A stretch of 47,209 bases of DNA from the NCBI GenBank assembly GCA_022013085.1, contig JAKLQX010000002.1:1-47209 (forward strand). The letters run 5' to 3'. Positions 34,672 to 43,730 of this stretch are shown in pieces; position 1 is the first letter of the stretch; every line of letters begins with the position of its first letter. The DNA comes from Candidatus Omnitrophota bacterium (GTDB lineage Bacteria; Omnitrophota; Gorgyraeia; Gygaellales; Profunditerraquicolaceae). Made by a program: the position numbers and the translations under genes. The notes beneath the pieces are model-generated. The model saw only the letters and a list, made by a program, of their open reading frames with translations. It was not told the origin of the DNA and made no database searches.

Positions 34672-36402
34672 CTATTTTAAAATCTCCGCTAATTTATTTC
34701 TGGCAAACTCTTCTATCTCTGTACCAGTTGAAAACTCCAGAGCTTTCCTGGCAATCTCCTGAGCAGCCTTAAATTCAACAGAACGAATAATATACTTTAA
34801 CTCCGGGATTACCTGTGGCGGCATACTAAACTCATCCAAACCTAATCCCAGAAGTATAAGCGCCAAAGACGGCTCACCAGCCATCTCTCCACACATAGCT
34901 ACTTTAATTTTAGCCTGATGTGCTGAATCAATAACATTCTTGATCAACCTTAATACCGCCGGATGCGCTGGCTCATAAAGATAAGCGACCTTTTCATTAC
35001 CGCGATCCACTGCCAAAGAATATTGGATCAAATCATTTGTCCCAATGCTAAAAAAATCCGCTTCCTTGGCTAAAATATCGGCAGTCATCGCTGCAGAAGG
35101 AACTTCAATCATCACCCCTACTTCGATTTTATCATTGAAATCCAAGCCTTTTTGCCTCAGCTCATCTTTTGCTTCATTCAGAAGCTTGTTCGCTTGCCAT
35201 AATTCCTCTATTCCAGAGATCATCGGATACATAAGCTTCAAGTTACCATGCGCAGAAGCCCTTAAGATTGCGCGTAATTGCAGTTTAAATATATCTGGCC
35301 GGGCCAAACAAAATCTAATCGCTCTCCAGCCTAAAAACGGCTGCATTTCCTGCGGAATTTTAAACTGTGACAAAAACTTATCCCCACCTAAATCCAAAGT
35401 ACGGATCACCACCGAATGCCCATTCATCTCTTGGGCAACATACTTGTAAGCCTGATAATGTTCTTCTTCAGTAGGAGAATCCTTACGGTTCATGTAAAAA
35501 AACTCCGTACGGTATAACCCAATTCCTTCGGTACCATGTAACTTCGCTGATGGAACTTCATCAGGAAATTCGATATTCGAATTTATCAATACTGTTCTAC
35601 CATCAATAGTAACTGCAGGAAGATCTTTAGCCGATAAGAATATATCGGTTGTGCCTTTTAATTTTATAAGTTCCTGCTCATAATTCTTAAGTGTTCCCTC
35701 ATCAGGATTAATAATTACCACGCCTGTTGTGCCGTCAACGATAAGGATATCCCCAGATGCAACTTTAGCAGTAATCCCCTCTAAGCCTACAACTGCTGGG
35801 ATCTCAAGGCTCTTAGCCATTATTGCCGTATGCGAAGTCTTACCCCCTATATCTGTAACAAAAGCAGCCACATTTCTCTTATACAACGCCACAGTATCCG
35901 ATGGAGACAGATCATGGGCTACAATAACCGCCCGCCCTTTTAAATCTGCCAAACTTTTCTTCTCTCGGCCTAAAAGATTCCTTAATATCCTTTTACCAAC
36001 ATCATTAATATCAGCAATACGCTCCTTAAGATATTCATCTTCTATTTTTGAGAAAACACTGATATATTTCTTTAAAACCTCTGAGAAAATATAGGCAACA
36101 TTAACTTGTTCTTTTTTAAGACGCGAAATCACCTCTTCGATAAGCATGCGATCTTCTAAAACCAAAAGATGCGCATCAAAGATCTGTGCCTCCTCCTGGC
36201 CCATATCTGAACTGATTCTTTTCTGCAGATCGATAATTTCGCGACGGGTTTTAATCAACGCTTCTTCAAAAAGCTGAATCTGTAAGGGGATATCTTCCCA
36301 GGTAATCGCACTAGAAACAACCATAAACTCCTCCGGCCCAAGCTTATAAACCGGCCCGATGCTTATCCCGCTTGCCGCAGCGATACCTTTTAACTGGATC
36401 AT
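34672..36402 (-). CDS. ptsI: phosphoenolpyruvate-protein phosphotransferase (PTS enzyme I)
   Basis: 576 aa; GGKTSHTAIMA (active-site His), GTNDLIQY and CGEMAG motifs. It has no GAF domain. Confidence 0.9.
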   Translation of the reverse strand: MIQLKGIAAASGISIGPVYKLGPEEFMVVSSAITWEDIPLQIQLFEEALIKTRREIIDLQKRISSDMGQEEAQIFDAHLLVLEDRMLIEEVISRLKKEQVNVAYIFSEVLKKYISVFSKIEDEYLKERIADINDVGKRILRNLLGREKKSLADLKGRAVIVAHDLSPSDTVALYKRNVAAFVTDIGGKTSHTAIMAKSLEIPAVVGLEGITAKVASGDILIVDGTTGVVIINPDEGTLKNYEQELIKLKGTTDIFLSAKDLPAVTIDGRTVLINSNIEFPDEVPSAKLHGTEGIGLYRTEFFYMNRKDSPTEEEHYQAYKYVAQEMNGHSVVIRTLDLGGDKFLSQFKIPQEMQPFLGWRAIRFCLARPDIFKLQLRAILRASAHGNLKLMYPMISGIEELWQANKLLNEAKDELRQKGLDFNDKIEVGVMIEVPSAAMTADILAKEADFFSIGTNDLIQYSLAVDRGNEKVAYLYEPAHPAVLRLIKNVIDSAHQAKIKVAMCGEMAGEPSLALILLGLGLDEFSMPPQVIPELKYIIRSVEFKAAQEIARKALEFSTGTEIEEFARNKLAEILK

Positions 36403-36668
36403 AACTCTTCCTCGCTATTAATAATCTTTTCTAACTCAGCCAAAGCCAGCTCTGCATCCTGGCCGTCTGCTTCGATAATAATAAGGCTACCATTTTCAGC
36501 ACCCAGCATAAGAATACCCATTATAGACTTGCCATTAACCTCTTCAATATCTCTGCGCACAGTAATACGCGAGTCAAATTTATTAGCTATCTGCACAAAT
36601 AAAGCAGCTGGCCGGGCATGTAAGCCTTGCTTATTCTTTACGATAAGTTCTTTTTTAATTAAAGCCAT
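36399..36668 (-). CDS. ptsH: phosphocarrier protein HPr/NPr
   Basis: 89 aa; GLHARPA (His15) and VNGKSIMGIL (Ser46). Confidence 0.85.
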   Translation of the reverse strand: MALIKKELIVKNKQGLHARPAALFVQIANKFDSRITVRRDIEEVNGKSIMGILMLGAENGSLIIIEADGQDAELALAELEKIINSEEEL

Positions 36669-36670
36669 AA

Positions 36671-37912
36671 TTAGATTTCTTCAATAAAACTTAAAATTAT
36701 TTTCGCTAGCTTTTCCGGATCATGGCGGATTACCCCGTCTTGAATCATGCTAAAATCTTCCTCAATTACGCGACAACCCATATTCTCAATCTTCTTGCGA
36801 TCATTGACTACAAAATGTGAACTCTGATTAAGATAGCGCTCTAACACTTCAGTTGGCACCTCACCATTATTTACCACACAATAATCCAATATACGCGCAC
36901 AGCTATGATTCACCAAAGCCTTGATATGGTCAGAAACAGTATAGCCATCTGTTTCTCCCGGCTGAGTCATTACATTACAAACATAAACCTTAACCGCTTC
37001 AGACTGCGCAATCGCATCAGCTATCTCTTTGACCAAGAGATTAGGTATTATACTTGTGTATAAAGAACCCGGGCCCAAAACAATAATCTGCGCTTCTCTA
37101 ATTGCCTTCAAGGCATCCGGCGTAGCTGGCGACTCTTGAGGCGTAAGTGTAACTCTACTAATCTGTTTTAGCGCCTTAGGAATCAAATCTTCTCCCACTA
37201 TCCTAGAACCGTCCTGATAATATGCTACAAGTTGCACATTATCCAAGGTAGAAGGTATTACCTGCCCACGCAAAGCCAAAACCTTACTAGTCTCTTTAAT
37301 CGCCTTTTCAAAATCACCGGTTAAGCATGTCATCACCGTAAGAAAAAGATTCCCGAAAGAGTGCCCAGAAAATTCCGAATTCTTATCAAAACGGAACTGA
37401 AAAAGATCCCGCAAAAGCTCTGGTGCATCAGCAAGGGCTACTAAACAATTGCGAATATCTCCTGGTGGCAAAACATCAAATTGTTGTCTTAAGCGCCCCG
37501 AAGACCCACCATCATCAGCTACTGTAACAACAGCTGAAATATTAGAAGAATAAACTTTTAACCCACTCAGTAGAACAGACAACCCTGTTCCCCCGCCAAC
37601 AGCAACAATACGCGGGCCGCGGCTTAATTGTTTTTTTTGATACAAGATATCGACTAACTCTGCGCCTTTAGACGCTGGCGCAAATTCAGCAATAAAAGAA
37701 CGCATCAAGCGCTTGATGCCTAAGATTAAAATTATAATTCCTGAAATTACAACCAACGTATCCAAAAACTGGATACCCCAGAATTCTTCACTACGCAGAT
37801 TAGCCGTACCTAAGATTAAAAGAACGACCCCAAAAGTGCTTAAGCCAATCCAACGCTTAATACCTATGCCCGGATAAAACCATTTTAAAATACCAATAGG
37901 AAGTTTTTTCAT
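36671..37912 (-). CDS. yvcK: YvcK/CofD-like (UPF0052) gluconeogenesis-factor family protein with a roughly 95-aa two-TM N-terminal extension
   Basis: The IVAVGGGTGLS motif and a YvcK-like body, preceded by two hydrophobic segments. Confidence 0.8.
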   Translation of the reverse strand: MKKLPIGILKWFYPGIGIKRWIGLSTFGVVLLILGTANLRSEEFWGIQFLDTLVVISGIIILILGIKRLMRSFIAEFAPASKGAELVDILYQKKQLSRGPRIVAVGGGTGLSVLLSGLKVYSSNISAVVTVADDGGSSGRLRQQFDVLPPGDIRNCLVALADAPELLRDLFQFRFDKNSEFSGHSFGNLFLTVMTCLTGDFEKAIKETSKVLALRGQVIPSTLDNVQLVAYYQDGSRIVGEDLIPKALKQISRVTLTPQESPATPDALKAIREAQIIVLGPGSLYTSIIPNLLVKEIADAIAQSEAVKVYVCNVMTQPGETDGYTVSDHIKALVNHSCARILDYCVVNNGEVPTEVLERYLNQSSHFVVNDRKKIENMGCRVIEEDFSMIQDGVIRHDPEKLAKIILSFIEEI

Positions 37913-37920
37913 TTTATCGA

Positions 37921-37987
37921 AATTACCTGTTTAAAAAAATAAAGGGGACGGTTCCTTTTTCTATCAGGTCAGGAGACGGAAAAACAG
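37921..37987 (-). terminator. intrinsic terminator downstream of ptsN
   Basis: The minus strand reads GGGGACGGTTC-(32 nt)-GAACCGTCCCC followed by TTTATTTTTTT. The stem and tail are identical to the module at 7910-7956. Confidence 0.8.
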
Positions 37988-38005
37988 AACCGTCCCCTAG
38001 ATTCT

Positions 38006-38476
38006 TTAAATCTTTTTTTCGTCTTCCTGCGTAATGATTTTGGTTACAGATTTTTCGTCGATACAGGCACGTAAGGTATCGCGAAAATACTTATCTTTTA
38101 AAAGACGCGATATTCTGGCTAAAGCCTTAAGGTGTGGGCCAGCGGAATCCTGCGGAGCCACAAGTAGAAAAAAGATATAAGCCAACTCTCCATCCAAAGA
38201 ATCAAAATCTACGCCTTTCTTTGAAAGACCAAAAGCAGCAACTAACTTATTCACACAGTCGCATTTTGCATGCGGGATGGCTATGCCTTGGCCAATTGCA
38301 GTCGAACCTAAAGCCTCTCTAGACATAAGGGCATCAATGAGTTTATTGCGGTTGCGTTTCTCAACATCTCCAGCTTCAATTAAAAGATCCACCATCTCTT
38401 TAAGCACATCTTCCTTCCTAGTGGATTTTATATCAGTAATAATAGCCTTCTTAGAAAGAAAATCCATTATCTGCAT
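38006..38476 (-). CDS. ptsN: PTS IIA(Ntr)-type regulatory protein
   Basis: 156 aa; GQGIAIPHAK is the active-site His motif of EIIA(Fru/Ntr). Confidence 0.8.
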   Translation of the reverse strand: MQIMDFLSKKAIITDIKSTRKEDVLKEMVDLLIEAGDVEKRNRNKLIDALMSREALGSTAIGQGIAIPHAKCDCVNKLVAAFGLSKKGVDFDSLDGELAYIFFLLVAPQDSAGPHLKALARISRLLKDKYFRDTLRACIDEKSVTKIITQEDEKKI

Positions 38477-38615
38477 TTGTTTCTCCTTTAAATGAGCCCC
38501 GCCGTTGGCGGGGCGAATTTATCCCGAGCGTGCGCAGATAATTTCGAAGAAATTATCAAGCGTTTACGCCAGGGATCACCATTTTCCCTAAATAAGCTCT
38601 GCTGCCGTAAAACTA

Positions 38616-38689
<74 letters not shown>

Positions 38690-38716
38690 GTTTTTTATTC
38701 TTTTCACCCTAAGAAC

Positions 38717-38801
38717 TGGTGGGCGGAAGAGGATTTGAACCTCCAAGGGTTGCCCCAATAGCTCCTAAGGCTATCGTGTCTGCCAATTTCACCATCCGCC
38801 C
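38717..38801 (-). tRNA. tRNA-Leu(UAG), type II, with encoded CCA
   Basis: Acceptor GGGCGGA/TCCGCCC, a 3-bp D stem, anticodon arm ATAGC-CTTAGGA-GCTAT, a 13-nt variable arm, T arm GGAGG-TTCAAAT-CCTCT, then ACCA. Confidence 0.9.
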
Positions 38802-38836
38802 AGAAAAGGGCCACTGCTTGATTCTTACTGAATTTA

Positions 38837-38909
38837 TGAGCCTCCCGCGACTCGAACGCGGCACAACCACATTAAAAGTGTGGTGCTCTACCGGATGAGC
38901 TAGAGGCCC
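38837..38909 (-). tRNA. tRNA-Lys(UUU)
   Basis: GGGCCTC-TA-GCTC-ATCCGGTA-GAGC-A-CCACA-CTTTTAA-TGTGG-TTGTG-CCGCG-TTCGAGT-CGCGG-GAGGCTC-A; 73 nt. Confidence 0.95.
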
Positions 38910-38913
38910 AAGC

Positions 38914-39474
38914 CTAAAACTCCAATACTTCTTTTTCCTTACCCTTTAAAAGCTCATCAATCTTAGCAATATATCTATCCACTGTTTTCTGAAGCTCATC
39001 AATACCACGAAACTTATCATCTTCAGAAATAAATTTATCCTTTTCCAGCCTTTCTACTGCTTCTTTAGCATCTCTTCTGATAGTACGCAATGAAACCCTG
39101 CCGTCTTCGGACATTTTATGAATTTGTTTAGCCAATTCAAGGCGCCTTTCTTTGGATAGCTGGGGTACAGAAAGCCGAATAATCTTACCGTCATTTGAAG
39201 GATTGAGCCCAAGATTAGATTTCGCTATTGCCTTTTCAATTTCAATAATCGCTGTAGGATCCCAAGGTTGGATGACAATCAAATGCGCATCAGGCGCAGA
39301 TATTGCCGCCAGCTGCTTTAACATAGTCGGAGTACCATAATAATCAACATGCAAGCCTTCCACTAAGCTTGGAGATGCCCTGCCAGTCCTTACTTCATGA
39401 AATTCACGATTCATCGACTCAAAAGACTTTTTCATCTTTTCTTCTGTATTATGCAATATCTCTTTGACAGTCAT
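38914..39474 (-). CDS. frr: ribosome recycling factor
   Basis: 186 aa with a typical Frr sequence (...RTGRASPSLVEGLHVDYYG...). Confidence 0.95.
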   Translation of the reverse strand: MTVKEILHNTEEKMKKSFESMNREFHEVRTGRASPSLVEGLHVDYYGTPTMLKQLAAISAPDAHLIVIQPWDPTAIIEIEKAIAKSNLGLNPSNDGKIIRLSVPQLSKERRLELAKQIHKMSEDGRVSLRTIRRDAKEAVERLEKDKFISEDDKFRGIDELQKTVDRYIAKIDELLKGKEKEVLEF

Positions 39475-39494
39475 TAAAATTCTCCTCCTCTTAC

Positions 39495-40217
39495 TTACCG
39501 GACTATTGTTCCGATCTTCTCACCTAAAACTACGCGCTTAATATTCCCCTGACGATTAAGATTAAAAACAACAATGGGTAATTTATTATCCATACACAAG
39601 CTAATTGCTGTTGCATCCATCACTTTTAAACCCTTTTTTAATACATCAATATATTTTAATTGATTGAATTTTACAGCACCTTTTACTTTCACAGGATCAG
39701 CCGAATAAACCCCATCCACCTTGGTGGCCTTAAGAATAACGTCCGCATTAATCTCCATAGCGCGTAAAGCCGCGGCTGTATCAGTAGTAAAATAAGGGTT
39801 GCCAGTCCCAGCAACAAAAATAACTACCCTCCCCTTTTCCAAATGCCGAATTGCCCTTCTTTTAATATAAGGCTCAGCTACTCTTTGCATTTCAATGGCC
39901 GTCATAACCCTAGTCGGCACACCTGCTTTTTCCAATGCATCCTGCAGAGAAAGGCCATTAATTACCGTAGCCAACATCCCCATATAATCTGCAACAGAAC
40001 GATCCATATCCAGGCCACGCGAAGCAGTGTTTTCCTGCCCACGTATAATATTACCTGCCCCTAAAACCACAGCCACATCCACAGCCATATTCCTAATTTC
40101 TTTAATCTGGCCTGATATGTCAACAAGAACCTCATGGTCAATACCATGGGATTTTTTCCCCTGGAGCGCCTCACCACTTAGTTTAAGGACAATTCTTTTG
40201 TAAACCGGTTGGTTCAT
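39495..40217 (-). CDS. pyrH: UMP kinase
   Basis: [13 protein letters not shown] and the [17 protein letters not shown] motif. Confidence 0.95.
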   Translation of the reverse strand: MNQPVYKRIVLKLSGEALQGKKSHGIDHEVLVDISGQIKEIRNMAVDVAVVLGAGNIIRGQENTASRGLDMDRSVADYMGMLATVINGLSLQDALEKAGVPTRVMTAIEMQRVAEPYIKRRAIRHLEKGRVVIFVAGTGNPYFTTDTAAALRAMEINADVILKATKVDGVYSADPVKVKGAVKFNQLKYIDVLKKGLKVMDATAISLCMDNKLPIVVFNLNRQGNIKRVVLGEKIGTIVR

Positions 40218-40742
40218 TTATTCGCCGATCTTGTAGCGGATAAACCTGCGGATAACAATCTTTTCGCCGATTTTTGCTACAATACTACCTAAATAATCCT
40301 TAATAGTTATACTCGGGTCTTTAAGAAAAGCTTGCTCAAATAAACAATTATTTTTGTAATACTCTTCATCGCTTTTATCATGTTGCAAAAGCTCCGCCGG
40401 AACATCTTCTTTTTGGATATAAACCGGGCTGGTTGCGGCAATTTGCATTGCTAAATCTTTGGTAAACCTGGCGAAATCTTCGTTCTTCGCTACAAAATCA
40501 GACTCACAGTTTGTTTCCAGTAAAACCCCGATCTTGTTGCCATGATGGATATAAGCATCAACGCGGCCTTCTTTTGCACTGCGGCCCTGTTTCTTAGCAG
40601 CAATCTCTAAACCCTGTTTACGCAATAATATCACTGCTTGTTTGATATCTCCTTTAGCCTCTTCCAAAGCCTTTTTACAATGCGCAATACTAGAGCAAGT
40701 AATATCTCTTAATTCTTTAATCGCATTCACTGAACTCTTCAC
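40218..40742 (-). CDS. tsf: elongation factor Ts (short form, 174 aa)
   Basis: VNAIKELRDIT...CKKALEEAKGDIKQAV is the UBA-like N-terminus. It lies in rpsB-tsf-pyrH-frr order. The GTG start (40742-40740) lies partly in the repeat arm. Confidence 0.85.
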   Translation of the reverse strand: MKSSVNAIKELRDITCSSIAHCKKALEEAKGDIKQAVILLRKQGLEIAAKKQGRSAKEGRVDAYIHHGNKIGVLLETNCESDFVAKNEDFARFTKDLAMQIAATSPVYIQKEDVPAELLQHDKSDEEYYKNNCLFEQAFLKDPSITIKDYLGSIVAKIGEKIVIRRFIRYKIGE

Positions 40743-40835
40743 CCCGCACCTTCTTTCTTATCTAATATTATTTTATATTTATCATCCCTTAAACCTTCAG
40801 CATGTTAAACAACGAATATTTAGAAGGTGCGGGGT
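40741..40835 (-). repeat. palindromic-ended intergenic cassette, copy C (rpsB|tsf junction)
   Basis: The arms at 40741-40754 and 40822-40835 are identical to copy A. The 67-nt AT-rich core shares its ends with copy A (CTTAT..., ...GAATATTT). Confidence 0.9.
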
Positions 40836-41728
40836 TACCCTTTCTTTCTCAATTTCGGCTTTATCTCACCGGCTGACTTTAGGCGAGCTTTCTTGGCTGC
40901 TTTTGCTTCTTCAGTAAGCGGCTGGCTATCCTCAACAATCTCTTCAATCTCTTTAATCTTGATTTCTTCTTCCGGGAGAACTTCTAAAATAATATCCTGC
41001 TTTGTTTCTTCTACCTTAACCCCTTCCTGAGAAAGATAAGACAAAAATTTCTTCCTTCCTTCAATAATTGTATCCGCGATAATTGCAGCTACTGTTCGGA
41101 TGGACTTCGTAGCATCATCATTACCAGGTATAGGGTAATCTATTAAATCAGGATTAGAATTAGTATCAATCAAACCAATTATAGGAATTCCCAGCCTGCG
41201 CGCTTCTTTCACAGCAGTTTCTTCTTTCTTCGTATCGACAATAAAAGCTGCTTTAGGCATACGTTCCATAGACACAATACCTGAAAAGTTTTTATTCAAC
41301 TTGGCTAACTCTTTTTCCAGGCGCGCTACTTCTTTTTTGGTCAACTTTTCAAATATTCCATCAATACGCATCTTCTCAATCTCTTTTAAACGATTAATAC
41401 TTTTCTTAATCGTAGTAAAATTGGTAAGCATACCACCTGGCCAACGGTCAGTAACATAGTACATGCCGCTTCTTATGGCCTCCTGCTTAATCACATCCTG
41501 AGCCTGTTTTTTGGTACCAACAAAAAGGACAAATTCGCCTTTTGAGGTTATATCCATTAAGAAATCACGAGCAGCATTAACGCACTCCTCAGTCTTCTCC
41601 AGGTCAATAATGTAAATACCGCTTCTTGAACCAAAAATAAATTTCTTCATCTTAGGATTCCAGCGTTTAGTCTGGTGCCCAAAATGTACACCTGCTTCTA
41701 ACAACTGTTTAATTAATTCTGATGGCAC
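40835..41728 (-). CDS. rpsB: 30S ribosomal protein S2 with an acidic/Lys-rich C-terminal extension
   Basis: [19 protein letters not shown] is the S2 signature. GTG start; 297 aa. Confidence 0.95.
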   Translation of the reverse strand: MPSELIKQLLEAGVHFGHQTKRWNPKMKKFIFGSRSGIYIIDLEKTEECVNAARDFLMDITSKGEFVLFVGTKKQAQDVIKQEAIRSGMYYVTDRWPGGMLTNFTTIKKSINRLKEIEKMRIDGIFEKLTKKEVARLEKELAKLNKNFSGIVSMERMPKAAFIVDTKKEETAVKEARRLGIPIIGLIDTNSNPDLIDYPIPGNDDATKSIRTVAAIIADTIIEGRKKFLSYLSQEGVKVEETKQDIILEVLPEEEIKIKEIEEIVEDSQPLTEEAKAAKKARLKSAGEIKPKLRKKG

Positions 41729-41820
41729 GTTTTTATTCCCCCTTCTTAGGTTTTTAATATATTTTTTACCTTCCTAACTCAAAATAAGCCGGGAAATTAA
41801 GGCAAAAAGTGAATTTTATA

Positions 41821-41848
41821 ATTATAACAAAATTTTACCTATTTGCAA
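41821..41848 (-). promoter_or_regulatory. candidate sigma70-type promoter of rpsB-tsf-pyrH-frr (TTGCAA-N16-TATAAT with TGT extended -10)
   Basis: The minus strand reads TTGCAA (41848-41843), a 16-nt spacer ending in TGT, then TATAAT (41826-41821), about 90 nt upstream of the rpsB GTG. Confidence 0.5.
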
Positions 41849-41851
41849 CTA

Positions 41852-43639
41852 TTATTGTATCTCTTGAATATCATAAAGCCGCTTATACAAACCAGCCTTT
41901 TCCAGTAGCTGGCTATGCGTGCCCTGCTCTACAATTACCCCTTTATCTAAAACTACAATCTTATCTGCATTTCTTACTGTAGAAAGCCTATGAGCAATGA
42001 CAAATACTGTGCGGCCCTGGATAAGCCGATCTAAGGCCTCCTGAACAATACGCTCTGACTCTGAATCTAACTGAGAAGTAGCTTCATCAAGAATCAAAAT
42101 AGGAGGATTCTTAAGCAAAGCACGCGCTATAGCAATTCTCTGGCGCTCTCCCCCTGATATGCGCATACCCCTATCCCCGATTATCGTATCATAACCAGCA
42201 AGCATACGCGTAATAAAATCATGGGCATTGGCCTGTGAAGCAGCCTGCTTAATCTCTGCATCACTAGCCCCAGGCTTGCCATAAGAAATATTGGCTCTTA
42301 TCGTATCATTAAAAAGTATTGTCTCCTGGGTAACAATACCAACTTGAAGGCGTAATGATTTTAATTTAACTCCTTTAATATCTACACCGTCAATCATGAT
42401 CTTGCCTTTTTTGGGGTCATAGAAACGGGGAATTAAATCTAATAATGTAGTTTTACCATTCCCACTTGGCCCGACAACAGCTAACACAGAACCACGCGGC
42501 ACATCTAAATTTACACCCTTAAGCACATGATTATCAGCATAACTAAACCAAACATCTTGAAATTCCACATTTTTTTTGAAAGCAGTAAGTTCCCCGGCAT
42601 TAGGAAACTCAACTACGGTAGGATTAGCATCCAAAACCTCATATATACGCTGGCTAGCTGCTGCTGCCTGTTGATTTAATGCCGTTACCTGGCTTAATTT
42701 CTTAAATGGCCTGATCGTCGATAAAAGCGAACCGATAAATAGCCCAAAAACTCCAAAAGAAATTTTTCCGGCGATCACTTCCTTGCCACCAAGCACAAAA
42801 ACAACCACACCCGCGATACAGCCCAGTATTTCCGTAGCCGGGCTTAAAAGCAGCATCCGCTTAATCGACTTCATGGAAACGCGATAATAATCATTATTTA
42901 TCTTATTAAATTTGTTAATTTCATATTCTTCCATACTAAAGGCTTTCACAATGCGCGCGCCAATAATATTCTCATAAAGCACAGAGTTAGCATCTGCCAT
43001 CTTCTCCTGGCTAGACCTGGAAAGTTTCCTCATCTTCTTGCCTACCGAAGAAATCAGATAACCTAAAATTGCCAATGGCGGAACAATAAAAATAACAAAC
43101 TTGGCATAAATACACAAAGTTAAAGTAAAAAATACAACCACCTGTAAACCCTGATATACCAGATCTGTTGAACCATACGAAACTGCATTCTCTACAATCC
43201 TGGCATCATTAGTAATACGCGAGATCATCTCTCCGCCCCGCTTTTGCGTAAAATAATCCAAGGAAAGCATCTGAAATTTAGCATAAAGCTTGGCTTTTAT
43301 ATCTCGCACAATGCACTGGCCTATATCTGACATAAGATAACTCTGCATAAAACCAAAGAAACCTTTTAGGATAAACAATAAAATAATCCCTATAGCCATA
43401 TAATTCAGCAAAGCTTCCGGAGTGAAGCTATTGATTTTATCCACAAAGGCAGCTAAAGATGCAGGCAATTTAACTGGAAGGATGATTTTTCTGTTAGTAA
43501 GCACTTTATCCGCCAGTGGAACCATCATCGCTAAAGTAACTCCATCAAAAACAGCGGAAAAAGCCATACAAACGGTAGCTAAAGAAAATCTACCTAGGTA
43601 TGGCTTGATAAATTTCAATAATTTAAGATAATCTTTCAT
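41852..43639 (-). CDS. msbA: ABC transporter permease/ATPase fusion, MsbA-like lipid A/lipid exporter
   Basis: 595 aa. It has six N-terminal TM segments, Walker A GPSGNGKTT, signature ISGGERQRIAIARAL and Walker B ILILDEATS. It is divergent from the lpxB locus. Confidence 0.75.
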   Translation of the reverse strand: MKDYLKLLKFIKPYLGRFSLATVCMAFSAVFDGVTLAMMVPLADKVLTNRKIILPVKLPASLAAFVDKINSFTPEALLNYMAIGIILLFILKGFFGFMQSYLMSDIGQCIVRDIKAKLYAKFQMLSLDYFTQKRGGEMISRITNDARIVENAVSYGSTDLVYQGLQVVVFFTLTLCIYAKFVIFIVPPLAILGYLISSVGKKMRKLSRSSQEKMADANSVLYENIIGARIVKAFSMEEYEINKFNKINNDYYRVSMKSIKRMLLLSPATEILGCIAGVVVFVLGGKEVIAGKISFGVFGLFIGSLLSTIRPFKKLSQVTALNQQAAAASQRIYEVLDANPTVVEFPNAGELTAFKKNVEFQDVWFSYADNHVLKGVNLDVPRGSVLAVVGPSGNGKTTLLDLIPRFYDPKKGKIMIDGVDIKGVKLKSLRLQVGIVTQETILFNDTIRANISYGKPGASDAEIKQAASQANAHDFITRMLAGYDTIIGDRGMRISGGERQRIAIARALLKNPPILILDEATSQLDSESERIVQEALDRLIQGRTVFVIAHRLSTVRNADKIVVLDKGVIVEQGTHSQLLEKAGLYKRLYDIQEIQ

Positions 43640-43730
43640 TTTTAGCCTCTCTCGTCTTTAGGAAAAAGTATTTTAGCATAACCTCAAGCGTATAGCAAAC
43701 TTTTTATTGCTTCTTTAGCCTGGCTCTGCT

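Noticed and set aside
37945-37976. The terminator loop sequence TCAGGTCAGGAGACGGAAAAACAG superficially resembles the SRP (4.5S) RNA domain IV string CAGGUCCGGAAGGAAGCAG.
   Set aside because: It would have to be read on the plus strand. It does not fold into the GGAA-tetraloop/symmetric-loop helix 8. The hairpin is too short, and on the minus strand it is a textbook terminator with a U-tail.
38537-38557. Fur box.
   Set aside because: Only the outer hexamers match. The spacing is 9 nt instead of 7 nt, and there is no 7-1-7 core. It is kept only as a generic palindromic operator candidate.
38560-38580. Possible sigma-54 promoter (TGGCGT-N6-TTGA on the minus strand) upstream of ptsN.
   Set aside because: The GG/GC spacing is off by one and the -12 element lacks GC. 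It is not distinguishable from chance.
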